Notes: generated by a model from the letters alone, not told the origin. Positions 28,361 to 42,135 are shown, counted from the stretch's first letter. The stretch: DNA of 64,000 bases from Octopus vulgaris (GCA_951406725.2 OX597819.1:69626001-69690000); one strand, 5' to 3'. Translations and numbers: made by a program.

Positions 28361-29794
28361 GGATAGATAGATAGATAAATTTATACACACATACACAGAT
28401 GCATACACACACGCGCGCGTCCATTCAACAGAAATTCTTATTGCACTGTTAGTCTTCCTCTTTGTTTTACGCATTTAACAGAACCATGATTTTTCTTTTG
28501 GCTAAAACCAAATGCTGGTAAATAAAGAGATGTAAAAATATGCATTAATTCAATTCTATTGATTCCAGTATTTCTAAATTTACAAAAATTCAGAAAGAAA
28601 TCTGAAATATGACGTAATAGTCAACCAAATATTTGAATTGCAACAAAAAGTTAAACGTATGTGAAAATATTTATTAATTAATCTTTTGTTCCTGAATTTG
28701 TCTAAAAATTGCGATATAATTCTATTATGACGTCATGTCTACCGAAAGATTTCCTACAGAGTCCTCAGACATTATATTCTTCTTAGTCATATCTGCAATG
28801 CTTCAGTGAACACCAAGCAACTCTATAGTTTGTCTTTTGTCTATAACCAAGACAGCAGTGAGAGATTTTACTAACCTTCAAACAAAGATCCATTGCCACC
28901 CAAGAAATAGAAAGAAAAAATTGTGACACTGACAGATATCGGTTTCAAGAACAATATCATTAGATACAGTTGCCATTAATAATTAAACAGAATTCAATGG
29001 TGAAATATGTATTAATTCTTGCTGAATACATTCTGACCGCCAAATTCTTATTCATAAAATATCTAGAAATCTGGAGTGCCGTGCATGCGCCATGACGACT
29101 ATAAATGCGAGTATATGTTTGGTTTTGTTACTGTAAGGTTTAATCAATGCGTATTCTTCATTTATCATTTAATATATTCCGTTATATGAGTAGCGGATGT
29201 GCCAGTTGTATAATAATCGTATTTAGATATTAAAAGTGCGGCAAGCTAGAACAGCCTCCAAGTTTCAATTACCATTTGGTGTCGTCATTATTTCATTTTG
29301 TTAATTCCCTTGGAATCGACTCGGTACATGTGGAAAAGTTTGTAAGTCGGCTATAAGAGTATATCGCGATTCGAAGCCACCATAGACACAAAGTTTTTTC
29401 ATTTTCAATGCCAAACGAACTAAAATAAAGCCATTTACGTTGACGTCATTCAAATATCGTTTTAATAGCAATTACATTGACCTTCCTGTCAATTTGTAAA
29501 TTGTGAAGGACCTTCTCCTTCACAACGTTCTCTCCATGGCATTGCCCTCTCTCTAGCGCTTATTCCACAATAAAACATATTATGGAATGTTAATAACGTT
29601 ATTTGATTACAATGAAACGAATGGTCAAAGCAGTAGCAATACTATACTGTAACCTAATTGTCTGTAAATGCAGTCTATAGAGAAAAACATAACACTTTTC
29701 TTTCCCATAGTCTACTTCAGCAGTTGCAAAGAGATTATCGAAGATTAAGATTTCTCGGTAGACCCGCTATGCAGTGTTATAACTATCACTTCAT

Positions 29795-30045
29795 CGGTTA
29801 CGATGACGAGCGTTCCAATTGATTCGATCGGCAGAACAGCCAGATCGTGAAATTAATGTGAAATTAACAAACACGCGCACTTTTAACGTAGTTCTCAGGA
29901 TGATTTAGCGTGACACAGTTTGTGACAAGACTGGCCCTTTGAATTACAGGTACTTCTCGTTTTTACCATCTGGATCGCCGGATTTTGAACACACGAACTT
30001 ATGACTTTGAGCCGTGTACCCTAACCGCTAAGTCACGGGACTTCC
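29795..30045 (-). mobile_element. Degenerate SINE, family E
   Basis: GTTACGATGACGAGCGTTCCAATTGATTCGATC..., shared with 33670-33735; tRNA-like head on the minus strand near 30040. Confidence 0.6.
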
Positions 30046-32098
30046 CGGGTCACATCGTATTGGAGCATGATGCATTTTCTGTCCAACTTGGTTTTTTTAC
30101 TGTATAGACCTGACATTGCGAGTCATTAATAAATATAGATTGTATCGTATCATCTTTTATGTTCACCAACTGTCTGTGTTGAGGAATGAAGAAAAAACAA
30201 GTCTTTTCCTAGCCATAGACTCATACCAATGGTTTCTCGTGTTCTGTGGCGCATGTATTTACCACCTGGACATTATGCTTGTCTATCAGATTCTTATTAA
30301 TTTCTATCAGCTGAGTGGACTTAAAGGAACGTCAAATGAATTATTTTTGCTGAAAAGAACAACTTAAGACCTGATTCCAGGGACCGAAACCACAATCTTA
30401 CGCTCATGAGTGCAACAGCTTAACCAGAAATCCATCTACCTATTTGCAGGAGAACTGACGATATTAACAGTCATGAACACCACTTTATTGCAAACTAAGT
30501 ACCACAAACAGTAACATACAACAATGAGAATATAGTATAGTTTCTCATGACTTCACGTCGTTTTGTTTTGTGCAGCCAATATTTTTGATGTCTGATTTAC
30601 ATTGTATCGTAAAAGTTATTTTACTTACTTCTTGCTCAACTAATTAACAAGAAACAAGTGCAGTATTGATTTTATAATTGCCTTATTTGCGGAACTTGAG
30701 TTATTATACCATAATCACAGACCATTTTTTTATTCCTAAAATTGCTGACTCCGATGTGATATTAGCAGTAAATAATTTTCAAAGGAATCGACGATATAAA
30801 GTTTATTGTCGCTAATCTAACAACCTTTTGACTCAAAGCCACGTACGTAGCATCCGTGAGTAAGAAAACTGTTGTAAATGTGGTAATAAATTTCACTTTC
30901 CTGATATATAGCCAAGCTCTTGTATAAAGTTCTTGTGTCAATGTATATGACACCTTGATCTCGTAGTTCGTACAACAGCTGGAAAAGATACTGGAAAATG
31001 GCCAAGTTAAATCTCGTTTTCATCTGCCTAGAAAACTTCTGATGGGTTTACCGTCAAGTAAGTCAACATTCTCGACACCAATGCTACCATTTTGATTTTA
31101 CTGCGAAGCAAATCGTTACCAAACTATCATTCTTAGATATACCCTCACCACCAATTTCAACGGGTTTTATCAAGCCTTAAGATCTTTCTATACTCCAGCT
31201 TTGCCGTCGTTCATGTTTCTATAGCTTAAACCGTTTATATAATACATTCTACGCACTTCACAGATTTTAGTACACGAAATTGCCACTATGAGTTGATAAC
31301 GAATACATACATTCTATTAATATCACGTATTTAAATATAGAATTACTGGTTTATTGTGAAATTGCTAACTAAATATCAGCAATAGGTTGTGATTCTTTGC
31401 AACATTATAGTTTTATGACACTAACATTCGACCTCTTTACCAACATTGCAGCGTACATTAAATTGAGGCCTCTCGACGAAGATAACAGGTATGCGACTCT
31501 TATAAGGCACCAGCGTGGAGAATATTGTGTCAGAATGCAAATGAAAAGGAGTTAGTAGTTTATAGAGAAACAGGAATGAATGATAGTACGTTGAAGAAGA
31601 AACGGAAGTGTGCGAGAGATGGTATACATAAGAAAGAGGAATTAAATATGGGTGTATATAAAAGTGATGTCAGTGGAGTATTAGCAGTGATCGAAACTTT
31701 AATGAATATAAATGTAATGGCGTAATGTTGAATTAACAATGTGATATTTGTGTAGAAGATGGTGTCAAGATCGTATGTAGGAGATTGGGACAAAGGCGGT
31801 GGTACTGTATGTGCGGCCGTTAATCAGTGTTTGTAGGAGTATCATTATTCCTTTCTTTGTTGTACTTCTATCAGTTATTTGACTGCGACCATGTTAGGGC
31901 ACCGTTTTGAAGGGTCTACTCCAACAAATCGCCCCAGTAATTGTCTCGAAGTTTGGTTCTTATTATATCGAGCTTTTTTTCCAAACCACTAATTTAATTC
32001 GACGCAACATGCTCACTTCGATTGTGAAGCTATGGTGACGGAACAAGCACAAAATAACATACTCACATAAATACATACATGCATACATATACATACAC

Positions 32099-32319
32099 GT
32101 GGCAGAAACGTTAACACGCCGGGCGAAATGCTTAGCGGTATTTCGTCTGCAGCTACGCTCTGAGTTCAAATTCCGCCAAGGTCGAATTCGCCTTTCATCC
32201 TTACGAGGTCGATTAAATAAGTACCAGTTACGTACTGGGGTCGATCTAATCGACTTAATCCGTTTGTCTGTCCTTGTTTGTCGCCTCTGTGTTTAACCCC
32301 TTGTGGGCAATAAAGAAAT

Positions 32320-32322
<3 letters not shown>
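32099..32322 (+). mobile_element. SINE family B followed by (GATA)n
   Basis: Near-full family B copy. Confidence 0.85.
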
Positions 32323-32375
<53 letters not shown>

Positions 32376-33069
32376 ATGATAGATAGATAGATAGATAGAT
32401 AGATAGAAGATGATAGATAGATAGATAGATAGATAGATAGGTAGATAAATAGATAGATAGATAGGTAGATAGATAGATAGATAGATAGATAGACAGATAG
32501 ATTGATAGATAGGCAGACAGACAGATAGACAGAGACTTTCCGTCTATAAAATTAACCCACGAAGCATTGGACGTTTTCAGGGCCGTAGTAACAGAAACCT
32601 GTCCAAGTTGCCAACACTTTGTTACTAAACTCGAAACTACGTGGTTGCGAAGAGTATTTCTTACCAGCTGGGCCATGACAGCCGTTGAAGTTATTTATCT
32701 TCAGATGTTCGGTTACTTTCAGGGATACAAACATGTCAGTCACAATACACTACGTCTCCTATTTGAAATCTCTTGAGAGTTGCAGAAACTAGCATTGACT
32801 GTTAAAAAATCAAAACACTAAAAAATTCTATGCTATCTATTGACCTGCTAGAACCATTGTTTATGTAACGTTTTCTCTTATATTTGCTTTTGTGCTCCAA
32901 CTGGTAATTGATTTCCTTTTTTCCTATATGTGTAGAAGGTCCGACGAAGCTATAGAGTGATACACAAGCATTCGACTATGAGTGTATTACAAGTTAAAAC
33001 AGACACACTGTTGTAAGCTAATTGTGCTCATGCCATGTTTTTTTTATTCCTTTGTCCTTCTGATTTCTG

Positions 33070-33385
<316 letters not shown>

Positions 33386-33524
33386 GAGCAAAACAGCTAG
33401 TTTTAAATCTCTAAACTAGATACAAGTAGTAAGAATACCAGACAGTCACTTTTTTTTCCACTGTAATACGGTTACTCTATAAAGAGCTATGTTACTACAT
33501 TGTGCGTGTGTGTGTGTGTGTGCA

Positions 33525-33598
<74 letters not shown>

Positions 33599-34544
33599 TG
33601 TGAGTCTGTGTCTGTATCTGTGTGTGTGTGTGTAAATATGTATATTCATACGTATCTACGACTGCGTAGGTTACGACGACGTGGGTTCCAGTTGATCCGA
33701 TCAACGGAACAGCCTCCTCGTGAAATTAACGTGGTTCTGTGATGCTAACGCTCGACCACTTAATCAACGTTGCAGCATACGTTAAATTGAGACCCCTCGG
33801 CGAAGGTAACAGGTACCTGGCAGAATCGCACGCACGCCCGATGAAATGTGTTCAAATTCCGCCGAGGTCGACTTTCTCCTTCATCCTTTCGAGGTCGAGG
33901 AAATACGTACCCGTTGAGCACTGGGGTTGATGTAATATACTATCCAGGTTCCCCCGCTGAATTTATTGGCCTTGTGCCAATCTTTTAAATCAATTATCAA
34001 CAGTGAAGTTTTCAGAATCTAGCTTGTTGATTACGTAATCATTACGTAATACACATAACAATACATATAATTCGGCAGTATGTATTAAGCATTCAAAAGC
34101 ATTATTTTTCCTTTTCTTTTATCAAACGCTATTGATTAAGTTGGGGTTGAATTGATCTCGCTTTTCATTATGTATAAATTACTTACAGAGTATCTGGTTC
34201 GGTCATTAATCAGTATTTATCGACAACTAACGACTGCTCCTTAATCAACGATTATCGATCTATGGCGAACATATTATGATTAATCAACAAGTATTGATCA
34301 GTTTGAAGTCTACCCATAACAATTAGCTCTACGATTATACTGTATCATTTATTCATAAGTCTTTATCGTTTATTTTATTGCTTTTTTTGTTCCTTATTAT
34401 CTTTATTGTTCTTTATATCGAATTACAGAAGACAAGTTGATACTGTATCAGGAAACAAACTTACGCTCCGACAGTTCAAATCCTGTTGCTTCCGTGAAGT
34501 GTCCAGATACAGGACGCAGTGTTACCGTTTATCTTTTACCCTTT

Positions 34545-34975
34545 GCTTGCTTCAGCCATTACACAGCGGTCATGCTGGGGCACCACCTTCAAGAATTTTA
34601 GTTAAGCGAATTGACTCCACCCCACCTCACCCCGTGCTTTTTTTATAGTGGGGTCCTGGTACTTATTCTATCAAACCCTTTTCCCGAACCACTTGGTTAC
34701 GTGGAACTAAACACATTAAGGGCGGTTGGAAAACGGTGCTGGGGAACAAACACAGACACAGACACACAGACTCACACAAAGACGCAAATATATATATGCG
34801 TGTATATATATATATTCTTTTATTTCTTTGTCATTTATCTGCAACCATACTGGAGCACCGCCTTTTGTTTGTTTAGATCCATATATACATATACGACGGG
34901 CTACTTTTGTTCCCGTGTACCAAATAAACTCAAGGCTTTGGTCGGCCTGAAGCTATAGTAGAATCCACACCTGCA
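34545..34975 (-). mobile_element. SINE family A, diverged
   Basis: GCGGTCATGCTGGGGCACCACC tail; GGCTTTGGTCGGCCTGAAGCTATAGTAG. Confidence 0.75.
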
Positions 34976-34989
34976 AGAAAAACATGTGC

Positions 34990-35450
34990 TTAGAGGAATT
35001 CTTGTGGGAGAATATTCTGGGGAAGAAGAAATGGGTTTAGTAGTTAGTACAGAGCCGGTTGATGTTGATATCAAAGGTGGTGAGTGCGCTGCAGCCATCT
35101 CGTCTCACCTATGGAAGCATTATTCAATTGCCGGCCTCATTTGTCCTCTTAGAGTGTCACAGGTATTGTACACTGCAATTTCGTCTCTTCTGGTGCTGAA
35201 GAGAAGGGCTAGACTTTGAAATGTGGAACTTATTTGTGGTACCGATTTGTTTTCATCAGGAGGTCCTCAGTGATAGAGAGGGCATACATTTCGAGCGACT
35301 CCCAGCGGTGAAGGCACTGGCTGAGTGCCGCACGTCTTTACGAGTGTAAGGCGGTTGTGTCTTCATAGAATGACGTGAGCTTAAATGCTATAGCAAAAAG
35401 AGCATCTCGTAATTAGCCAGAGAAAAAAACACACATTCAATTGTTGTTCT
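34990..35450 (-). mobile_element. Very old LINE RT fragment
   Basis: Minus strand ..HSYEDT.. (YADD-like) and LALLFSTRR...GQMRPAIE*CFH (RP.MEYC.H-like). Confidence 0.45.
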
Positions 35451-35688
35451 ATGTTCGAATCATGATGAGTAAACAGACAAGAATTGTTTTCAAATTTAAG
35501 TCAGCAGTTTCAGATTGAGATGTTGACACGATTACATCCATATATATAACTGACAAGTATCCTATTTTCTCGACTGATGGGGGCGGGGCGGAGAGTCAAG
35601 TTGAGCTCGAGGTCATTTAAACATAGAAAGTCAAGAACCGAAACGACAAGAACATAAACGTACAAATCCAGAATACATACACACATAT

Positions 35689-35920
35689 ATTTCTTTACTA
35701 CCCACAAGGGGCTAAACACAGAGGGGATAAACAAGAACAGACAAACGGATTAAGTCGATTATATCGACCCCAGTGCGTAACTGGTACTTAATTTATCGAC
35801 CCCGAAATGATGAAAGCCAAAGTCGACCTCGGCGGAATTTGAACTCAGAACGTAACGGCAGACGAAATACGGATACGCATTTCGCCCGGCGTGCTAACGT
35901 TTCTGGCAGCTAGCCGCCTT
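35689..35920 (-). mobile_element. SINE family B, young full-length copy
   Basis: Reverse complement of family B from GGCGGC to AAAGAAATA. Confidence 0.9.
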
Positions 35921-36196
35921 AATACATACACGCATAGTTGCACACATACACATACCTAGAATTGAGTTATCTGAGTAGCAGCACTCACGTTTATGCACAC
36001 ACGGACATCTACTCGTACACACACCTTATACTTTAACTCTGTGTGTGTGTGTGTGTGTGGTGGGGTGTAACTGTGTGTGTGTGTGTGATGGAGTGTAATT
36101 GTATAAGCTACAGGTATATTTTGAATATTTTCAACGCACCCTTAAGCGAGGTGCTGCCTAAATTCCATCCTGAAGCAACTTATAAGGACTCTTTAA

Positions 36197-36531
36197 TACT
36201 CTAGGCACAAGGCCCGAAATTTCGGGGGAGGAGGCCAGTGGATTAGATCGACCTCAGTACGCAACTGGTACTTAATTTACCGACCCCGAAAGGACGAAAG
36301 AGAAGGTCGCGCTCGGCGGAATTTGAACTCAAAACATGAAGACAGACGAAACACCTATTTCTTTACTACCCACAAGGAGCTAAACGTAGAGAGGAAAAAC
36401 AAGGACAGACAAACGGATTAAGCCGATTATATCGACCCCAGTGCGTAACTGGTACTTATTTAATCGACCCCAAAAGTATGAAAGGCAAAGTCGACATCGG
36501 CGTGCTAACGTTTCTGCCCGCTCGTCGCCTT
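36197..36531 (-). mobile_element. Tandem or nested SINE family B copies
   Basis: Two consecutive core motifs with two different tails. Confidence 0.8.
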
Positions 36532-36929
36532 GAAACTTATAAGGAATGTCTATGTATGCGTTGAAATTCAGTTATATTTGGGTCCCACCGATTCGAAAGG
36601 TTTATATCATAAATAAACGAATGAATTAAATGTAATGTAAATATGAAAACGTAAAAATTAGACTGAATTTAAACTACATTTAGACGAGGTTGCTCCGGTG
36701 CCAAATGTAAACGATGTGAATTTGATAGGAAAGTTGTTTTTTTTTCTTTCTGATTTCAGTAGAAGCAATGGGAAGAATTTGATTGAGGTTAGGCATTTGC
36801 TGGAGTTCCGAGATTAGGAGAGCCAAGTGGCATTGATTACATATATATGCATACATACAAACACACGCACACGCATACACATCCTCTCATACATATACAC
36901 ACATATATGGTATATATAAATATAAATAC

Positions 36930-36960
<31 letters not shown>

Positions 36961-37026
36961 CCATATATGTGTGTATATGTATGATATATATGTATATGCG
37001 TGTGCGTGTGTTTATGTATGCATGTG

Positions 37027-37062
<36 letters not shown>

Positions 37063-37399
37063 CGTGTTTGTGTGTGCGCTTATGTACACACATACATATA
37101 TATATATATGTATGTATATATATAGGAATATATATGTATAATTATATATATACAAAGATACATATATATGTAAATAATCTATCCTATGTGCATATTATAA
37201 ATACATACATACATATTATAAATACATACATACAAACATACATACATGTATATATGTGTGTGTATATACACACACATATATACATGTATGTATGTTTGTA
37301 TGTATGTATTTATAATATGCACATAGGATAGATTATTTATATATTCCGCTTTGACCCTCTAGTCTTTTTATGGACGCATATATTAATAATTTATCTCAC

Positions 37400-38040
37400 A
37401 AACCTTCGGGGTGTAATTTCATAATTACTGAAGGCTAGTAACTGTGATTTCTAACTGTACGACCGTTTTCTGATTTATTTTGGGGGAACAGATTAAACCA
37501 CGTAATAACTGTCGATGTGGTATCCGATAGTTGTACTGGTGATATCACTTCAAGCTTAGGGATGCTTCTATGAAATATATTCTTATTAATGACAGCAATA
37601 TCTTTGATCATTTTAAAAGATTTTTCTTAAATTGTTTAAGACACTGATCGGTTATCAGCAGCATGTATTTAAAATAATGGTTTTTAGAGACGTATAGGTG
37701 TATTTTTAATGGTTGTTATAATTTGATTTTTTCAGAATGTGTTTCGTGTTCTTTAAGTCAGGAAATAGTTGTTTAAGTATCAATATTGTGTTCTTCCGAT
37801 TATTTCACGTTTGAAGATAGTCTTTTGATGTTTGCTATTAATCGTTGAGAATTAGAAGCAGACGTGATAGGAGTCTTGCTAATGAGCGCTGTTACAAATC
37901 TGTAGAAACATTGTTATTGATTTCGTGGTGACTTTTCTTTTAGTTTTCATTGACTGAATGAAGAGATTGTCTCTTTATTGTATTTCAACGTTTTATTATA
38001 ATTCAAAACGGCTGTTAGTTTTCCGATTTTCATGCAGCCT
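37400..38040 (-). mobile_element. Degenerate Penelope-like RT fragment
   Basis: Minus strand fragments YTSLKNH...KDIAVINKNIFHRSIPKL...STVITWFN...VQLEIT resemble PLE RT motifs (TLKDHK, IG.ISK.IL, VI.WF, F.Q.DI...YPSI). Confidence 0.45.
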
Positions 38041-38325
38041 GGCACCTGTCATACGGCAGGTAAATCTGAAAGTATACTTGTGTCACTGAGAGTAATATCA
38101 AGAAATATGTCAAACATTCAATAATTATAATTTAATCAAATTTATTTCTTAGTGATTATACAAACTAATGAAATGAATTATAATTTTGAAAATAAAAAAA
38201 AATGTACTTTAAAATAAATGAAATAAAACAAATTTTTCAATTGTACACTTGCAATATGTTACTAATTTTCTAAAGTATATCAACATGCTTATGTATATAA
38301 ATAGACGCATATCCTTATCTATCTA

Positions 38326-38417
<92 letters not shown>

Positions 38418-39319
38418 TAAAGAAAACTTACTCGGAAGAGGATGCGTGGCGTTCAATCATATGATAATATAAATAATATATATATGCATATATACATATG
38501 TATATGTACATACTTACATCTGTACGTATATATATATGCATATGTGGGCACAGGATGTCACGTAACGTGTACAGCAAAAAATACGAAGTACGTGTACATG
38601 GAAAACAGTTTATTCCATAATTCTATCTTGTGTACTAAACTGAGTGAGAGTTTTAAGAAATTGCGTATTATCTATTGAAGAATAAATCATCAACTAAAAC
38701 AGATATTGGGAGTGACAATTAATGTTAAAAAAAAACAGACTAAATTGTAAATTAAAAACGGCTAAAATAGACCCTTGGCAGAGTAAGAGTCAAGCTGCTA
38801 ATCTAAGTCGTCGTTGTACTTAACTTGTAGTAACACCAAGAATTGTTTCGTTGTTCATGCAAAGAACATTTAACGACGAAAGTAATATATTTTATCGGAA
38901 AGAGAGGGAGAGAGAGAGAAAGTCAGTCAAATATAAAGGGGTTTTTTTTACGGAGAACTGGAATGTAGAATGGCACGCGTGATGCCGACTAGATGGCCAG
39001 TAATACAGAAGGAGGTAACTTTACCCTAAAAGGACGAGGCGGGAATCGAATTTTCAATTCCAAATAAAGAAATATGAGAAAAACGCAAAAGGTTCACAAA
39101 TAAGTATATGTTTTATATTTTGCTTGCTGGGGCACCGGATTGACGAATTTTAGTCGAACGAATCGACACGATTGCTTATATATTTTCTAAGCCTGCACGT
39201 ATTTTATCGGTTTCTTTTGCGGAACTACTTATATACGGGGATTTAAAGACATCAGCACAGGTTGTCAACTTGTGCCGGGGAACAAACACAGACACGAAAA
39301 TACACACACATATATCTCA

Positions 39320-39364
<45 letters not shown>

Positions 39365-39417
39365 GTATGTATATATATATGCGTATATATATGTGTATGT
39401 ATATATATGTATATATT

Positions 39418-39472
<55 letters not shown>

Positions 39473-39671
39473 ATATATGTCAAGCAAACTAGAGGTTGTG
39501 AATCCAACCAACTAAGGGATAATATCTATCAAATATACTGCTGGTAGAATACCCAATTATTAATACACAAGTGTTTTTTTTTATTGAATTGCAATTATAT
39601 TACCTAGTGTACTAAATGCGTGAGGGTAAAGAGATATTTTACTATAAATGTTTAGAGCAATAAGAAACTGA

Positions 39672-40012
39672 AGGGGTTCAATAGGTGGTATTCATCAACT
39701 TTTAGACATTATACGTTATATTATGTCAATATATTTATTTATTTACTAAAATGACAATTACAAGTATATACATACATGTATAAAATATTATGCTTTACAT
39801 ATAAAATATATAAAGATACCAGTAAATATTAAAATATTTTCTCAATTTATATTCCTGCATGTTACATATTTTAATAATTACTGGTATCGTTATATTTTTT
39901 ATATGTAAAGCATAATATGTTATACATGCATGTACATTGTCATTTTAGTAAATAAATAAATAAATGAATTGACATAATGTCTAAAAGTTCATGAACCACC
40001 CATTGATCGCCT
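39672..40012. mobile_element. Fold-back MITE with ~150-bp inverted arms
   Basis: 39674-39838 is the reverse complement of 39866-40010 (e.g. TTTACTAAAATGACAAT / ATTGTCATTTTAGTAAA; TATGCTTTACATATAAAA / TTTTATATGTAAAGCATA). Confidence 0.85.
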
Positions 40013-40025
40013 CCATTTTCTTATT

Positions 40026-40095
<70 letters not shown>

Positions 40096-40258
40096 GGAGA
40101 GTATTGTAGTTCGCTTAAAGCATTGCGTATTGTTTGTGAAATATAACATGTCTTGAATGCCACAAAAGTATGACTAACTAAATTATAACAGATATTACAG
40201 GGCACTGCATTGTTGCGCCATTCAATACATGTTATATTTCGTGTATATATATAGACAA

Positions 40259-40317
<59 letters not shown>

Positions 40318-40321
<4 letters not shown>

Positions 40322-40799
40322 CATTCAGGAAGTAAATAGACTGCTTTACTTTTCAAAATGTTTTATTTGATATCAATTGGTTGAAGGAGAGATTTTCTTC
40401 TAGCTGCTCGACCATAATACCCAAGCTTATGCAGATATGTAACACACGTTCTTGGACTAACTTGTAGCTGTTTTGCCATGTCAGAAGCCTTCGAACGGGG
40501 CTTTGAATTGCACTATAATTCTATTAACAGTAGCAAGACGAATTTGAAGATTTTCGGTAATATTTCGCAGGCTAAGACCAGCCTCAGATTGCCCAACAAA
40601 ACGAATTCTTTGAAAATCTGACAGTAGTGCTGAATTTTTTGTGCGTGGCATGGTTACTCTTCGCAAATGTTTAATATAATGGCACCTAGAATGTAAAAGA
40701 ATAATTACATTGTAAATTCTACATTACTGAAACATATTAAGACGCTTAGATTAGAAATTTTGAAAAGTAAAGGTGTCTACTTACTTCCTGCATGTTTGT
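40318..40799 (-). mobile_element. Tc1-like non-autonomous element (same family as 16454)
   Basis: Same TIRs; [49 protein letters not shown] (Tc1 HTH). Confidence 0.85.
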
Positions 40800-40969
40800 T
40801 TTTCCTTGGGGCTGGCCGGATCGGAGCGATCTTAAGATTAATCAGCCGAAATTGCTAGGATGATCCGGTTCTTGACTGAAGATTGAAGGCTTCGAATGTC
40901 CCGTCCGTGTTTTTTGTATAGTTTTCTAAATGTTTTACGTTCTTTTCCCAGTTTGTATTTTTCTACATA
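40800..40969 (+). mobile_element. Partial direct copy of the 3' part of the 41044-41709 element
   Basis: Near-identical to 41542-41711; includes the permuted hammerhead motif. Confidence 0.85.
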
Positions 40970-41043
40970 TAAACACATTAAAGGCGGTTGGAAAACGGTG
41001 CTGGGGAACAAACACAGACACAGACACAGCCTCGTTGGCCTTA

Positions 41044-41709
41044 TGTAAGTACATATTCCTGTAAATTTGGTACGACTCTACACACTGTCTCTCTCTCCTA
41101 CATTTCTCTGCCTTTCACACTTTGCATTCTACTATGATCTGTCCCCTTCTCTCTCTGTCTCTCTACTTCTCCTTTTCTCTTTTCTCCCCTCTTTAATTCC
41201 TTCTTTCTCTCTCTTCTTCCCCTTTTGTTGCCTTCGTCCCTCTTTCTCTCTCTCTCTTTGTTTCCTTTGCTCCCTTTCTTTTCTCTCTCTTCTGTCACGT
41301 GACCGCTGGTCAAAATCAGCCTTTTGGCCTCCGACCACTGCCGTGAGAACATCTGTTGTCTTCGTCTGCCGATAAAGGCATTTATTCAAAATACGCCAGT
41401 CGTAAGACACCCGCTGTTTTTGTCCTGTTTTTACCATTATTGTTTTTTGTATTTTATATTCGTGTGGCATCGTCCGTTTTTCTGTCCCTGTTTCGTATAT
41501 ATTCGATCCTTCTTCCAAGAAAGAAGGTTAGTTAGATTAGTTTTTCCTTGGGGCTGGCCGGATCGGAGTGATCTCAAGATTAATCAGCCGAAATTGCTAG
41601 GATGATCCGGTTCTTGACTGAAGATTGAAGGCTTCGAATGTCCCGTCCGTGTTTTTTGTATCGTCTTCTAAATGTTTTACGTTCTTGTCCCAGTTTGTAT
41701 TTTTCTACA
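41044..41709 (+). mobile_element. LTR/pLTR-like repeat (TG...CA) with a permuted hammerhead motif
   Basis: Begins TGTAAG, ends TTCTACA before a TA array. CT-rich interior; related to 58935-59390. Confidence 0.6.
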
Positions 41710-41731
41710 TATAAATAATATATATATATAT

Positions 41732-42135
41732 CAGGGATGCGCCACCTAGATAGGCAAGATAGGCAGTGCATACATTGAATAAGATAGATCAATAGCATCA
41801 TTTTCCTTTTATTGCAAAATATGCACCTAATTCAATAAAATTATGAAGATCAGTCTGATTACTATGCATGAAATTCAAAATAGTTTATCTTTTTCTAGAT
41901 TAGGTGGACATAATTCACCCGTGCCTTTCGATCTTAGTATTTAAGCGACGAATAATAATGCTGTAGTACATATGTTGCATACATTCCTACAACACCGTTT
42001 ACTTTCCGTGCTATAAAGGCAGAAGTAAATTTGTTTTCAGCTCAGTCATGTGGCTGTGTTTCGTTTAAATTTTGTATATTTTACTACATAAACGTCACCA
42101 ACTGCCTACCCTGAGTAATTACTCACGGCACATGC

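Noticed and set aside
29501-29526. 10-bp perfect hairpin TTGTGAAGGA/TCCTTCACAA
   Set aside because: Too short for a pre-miRNA and could arise by chance.
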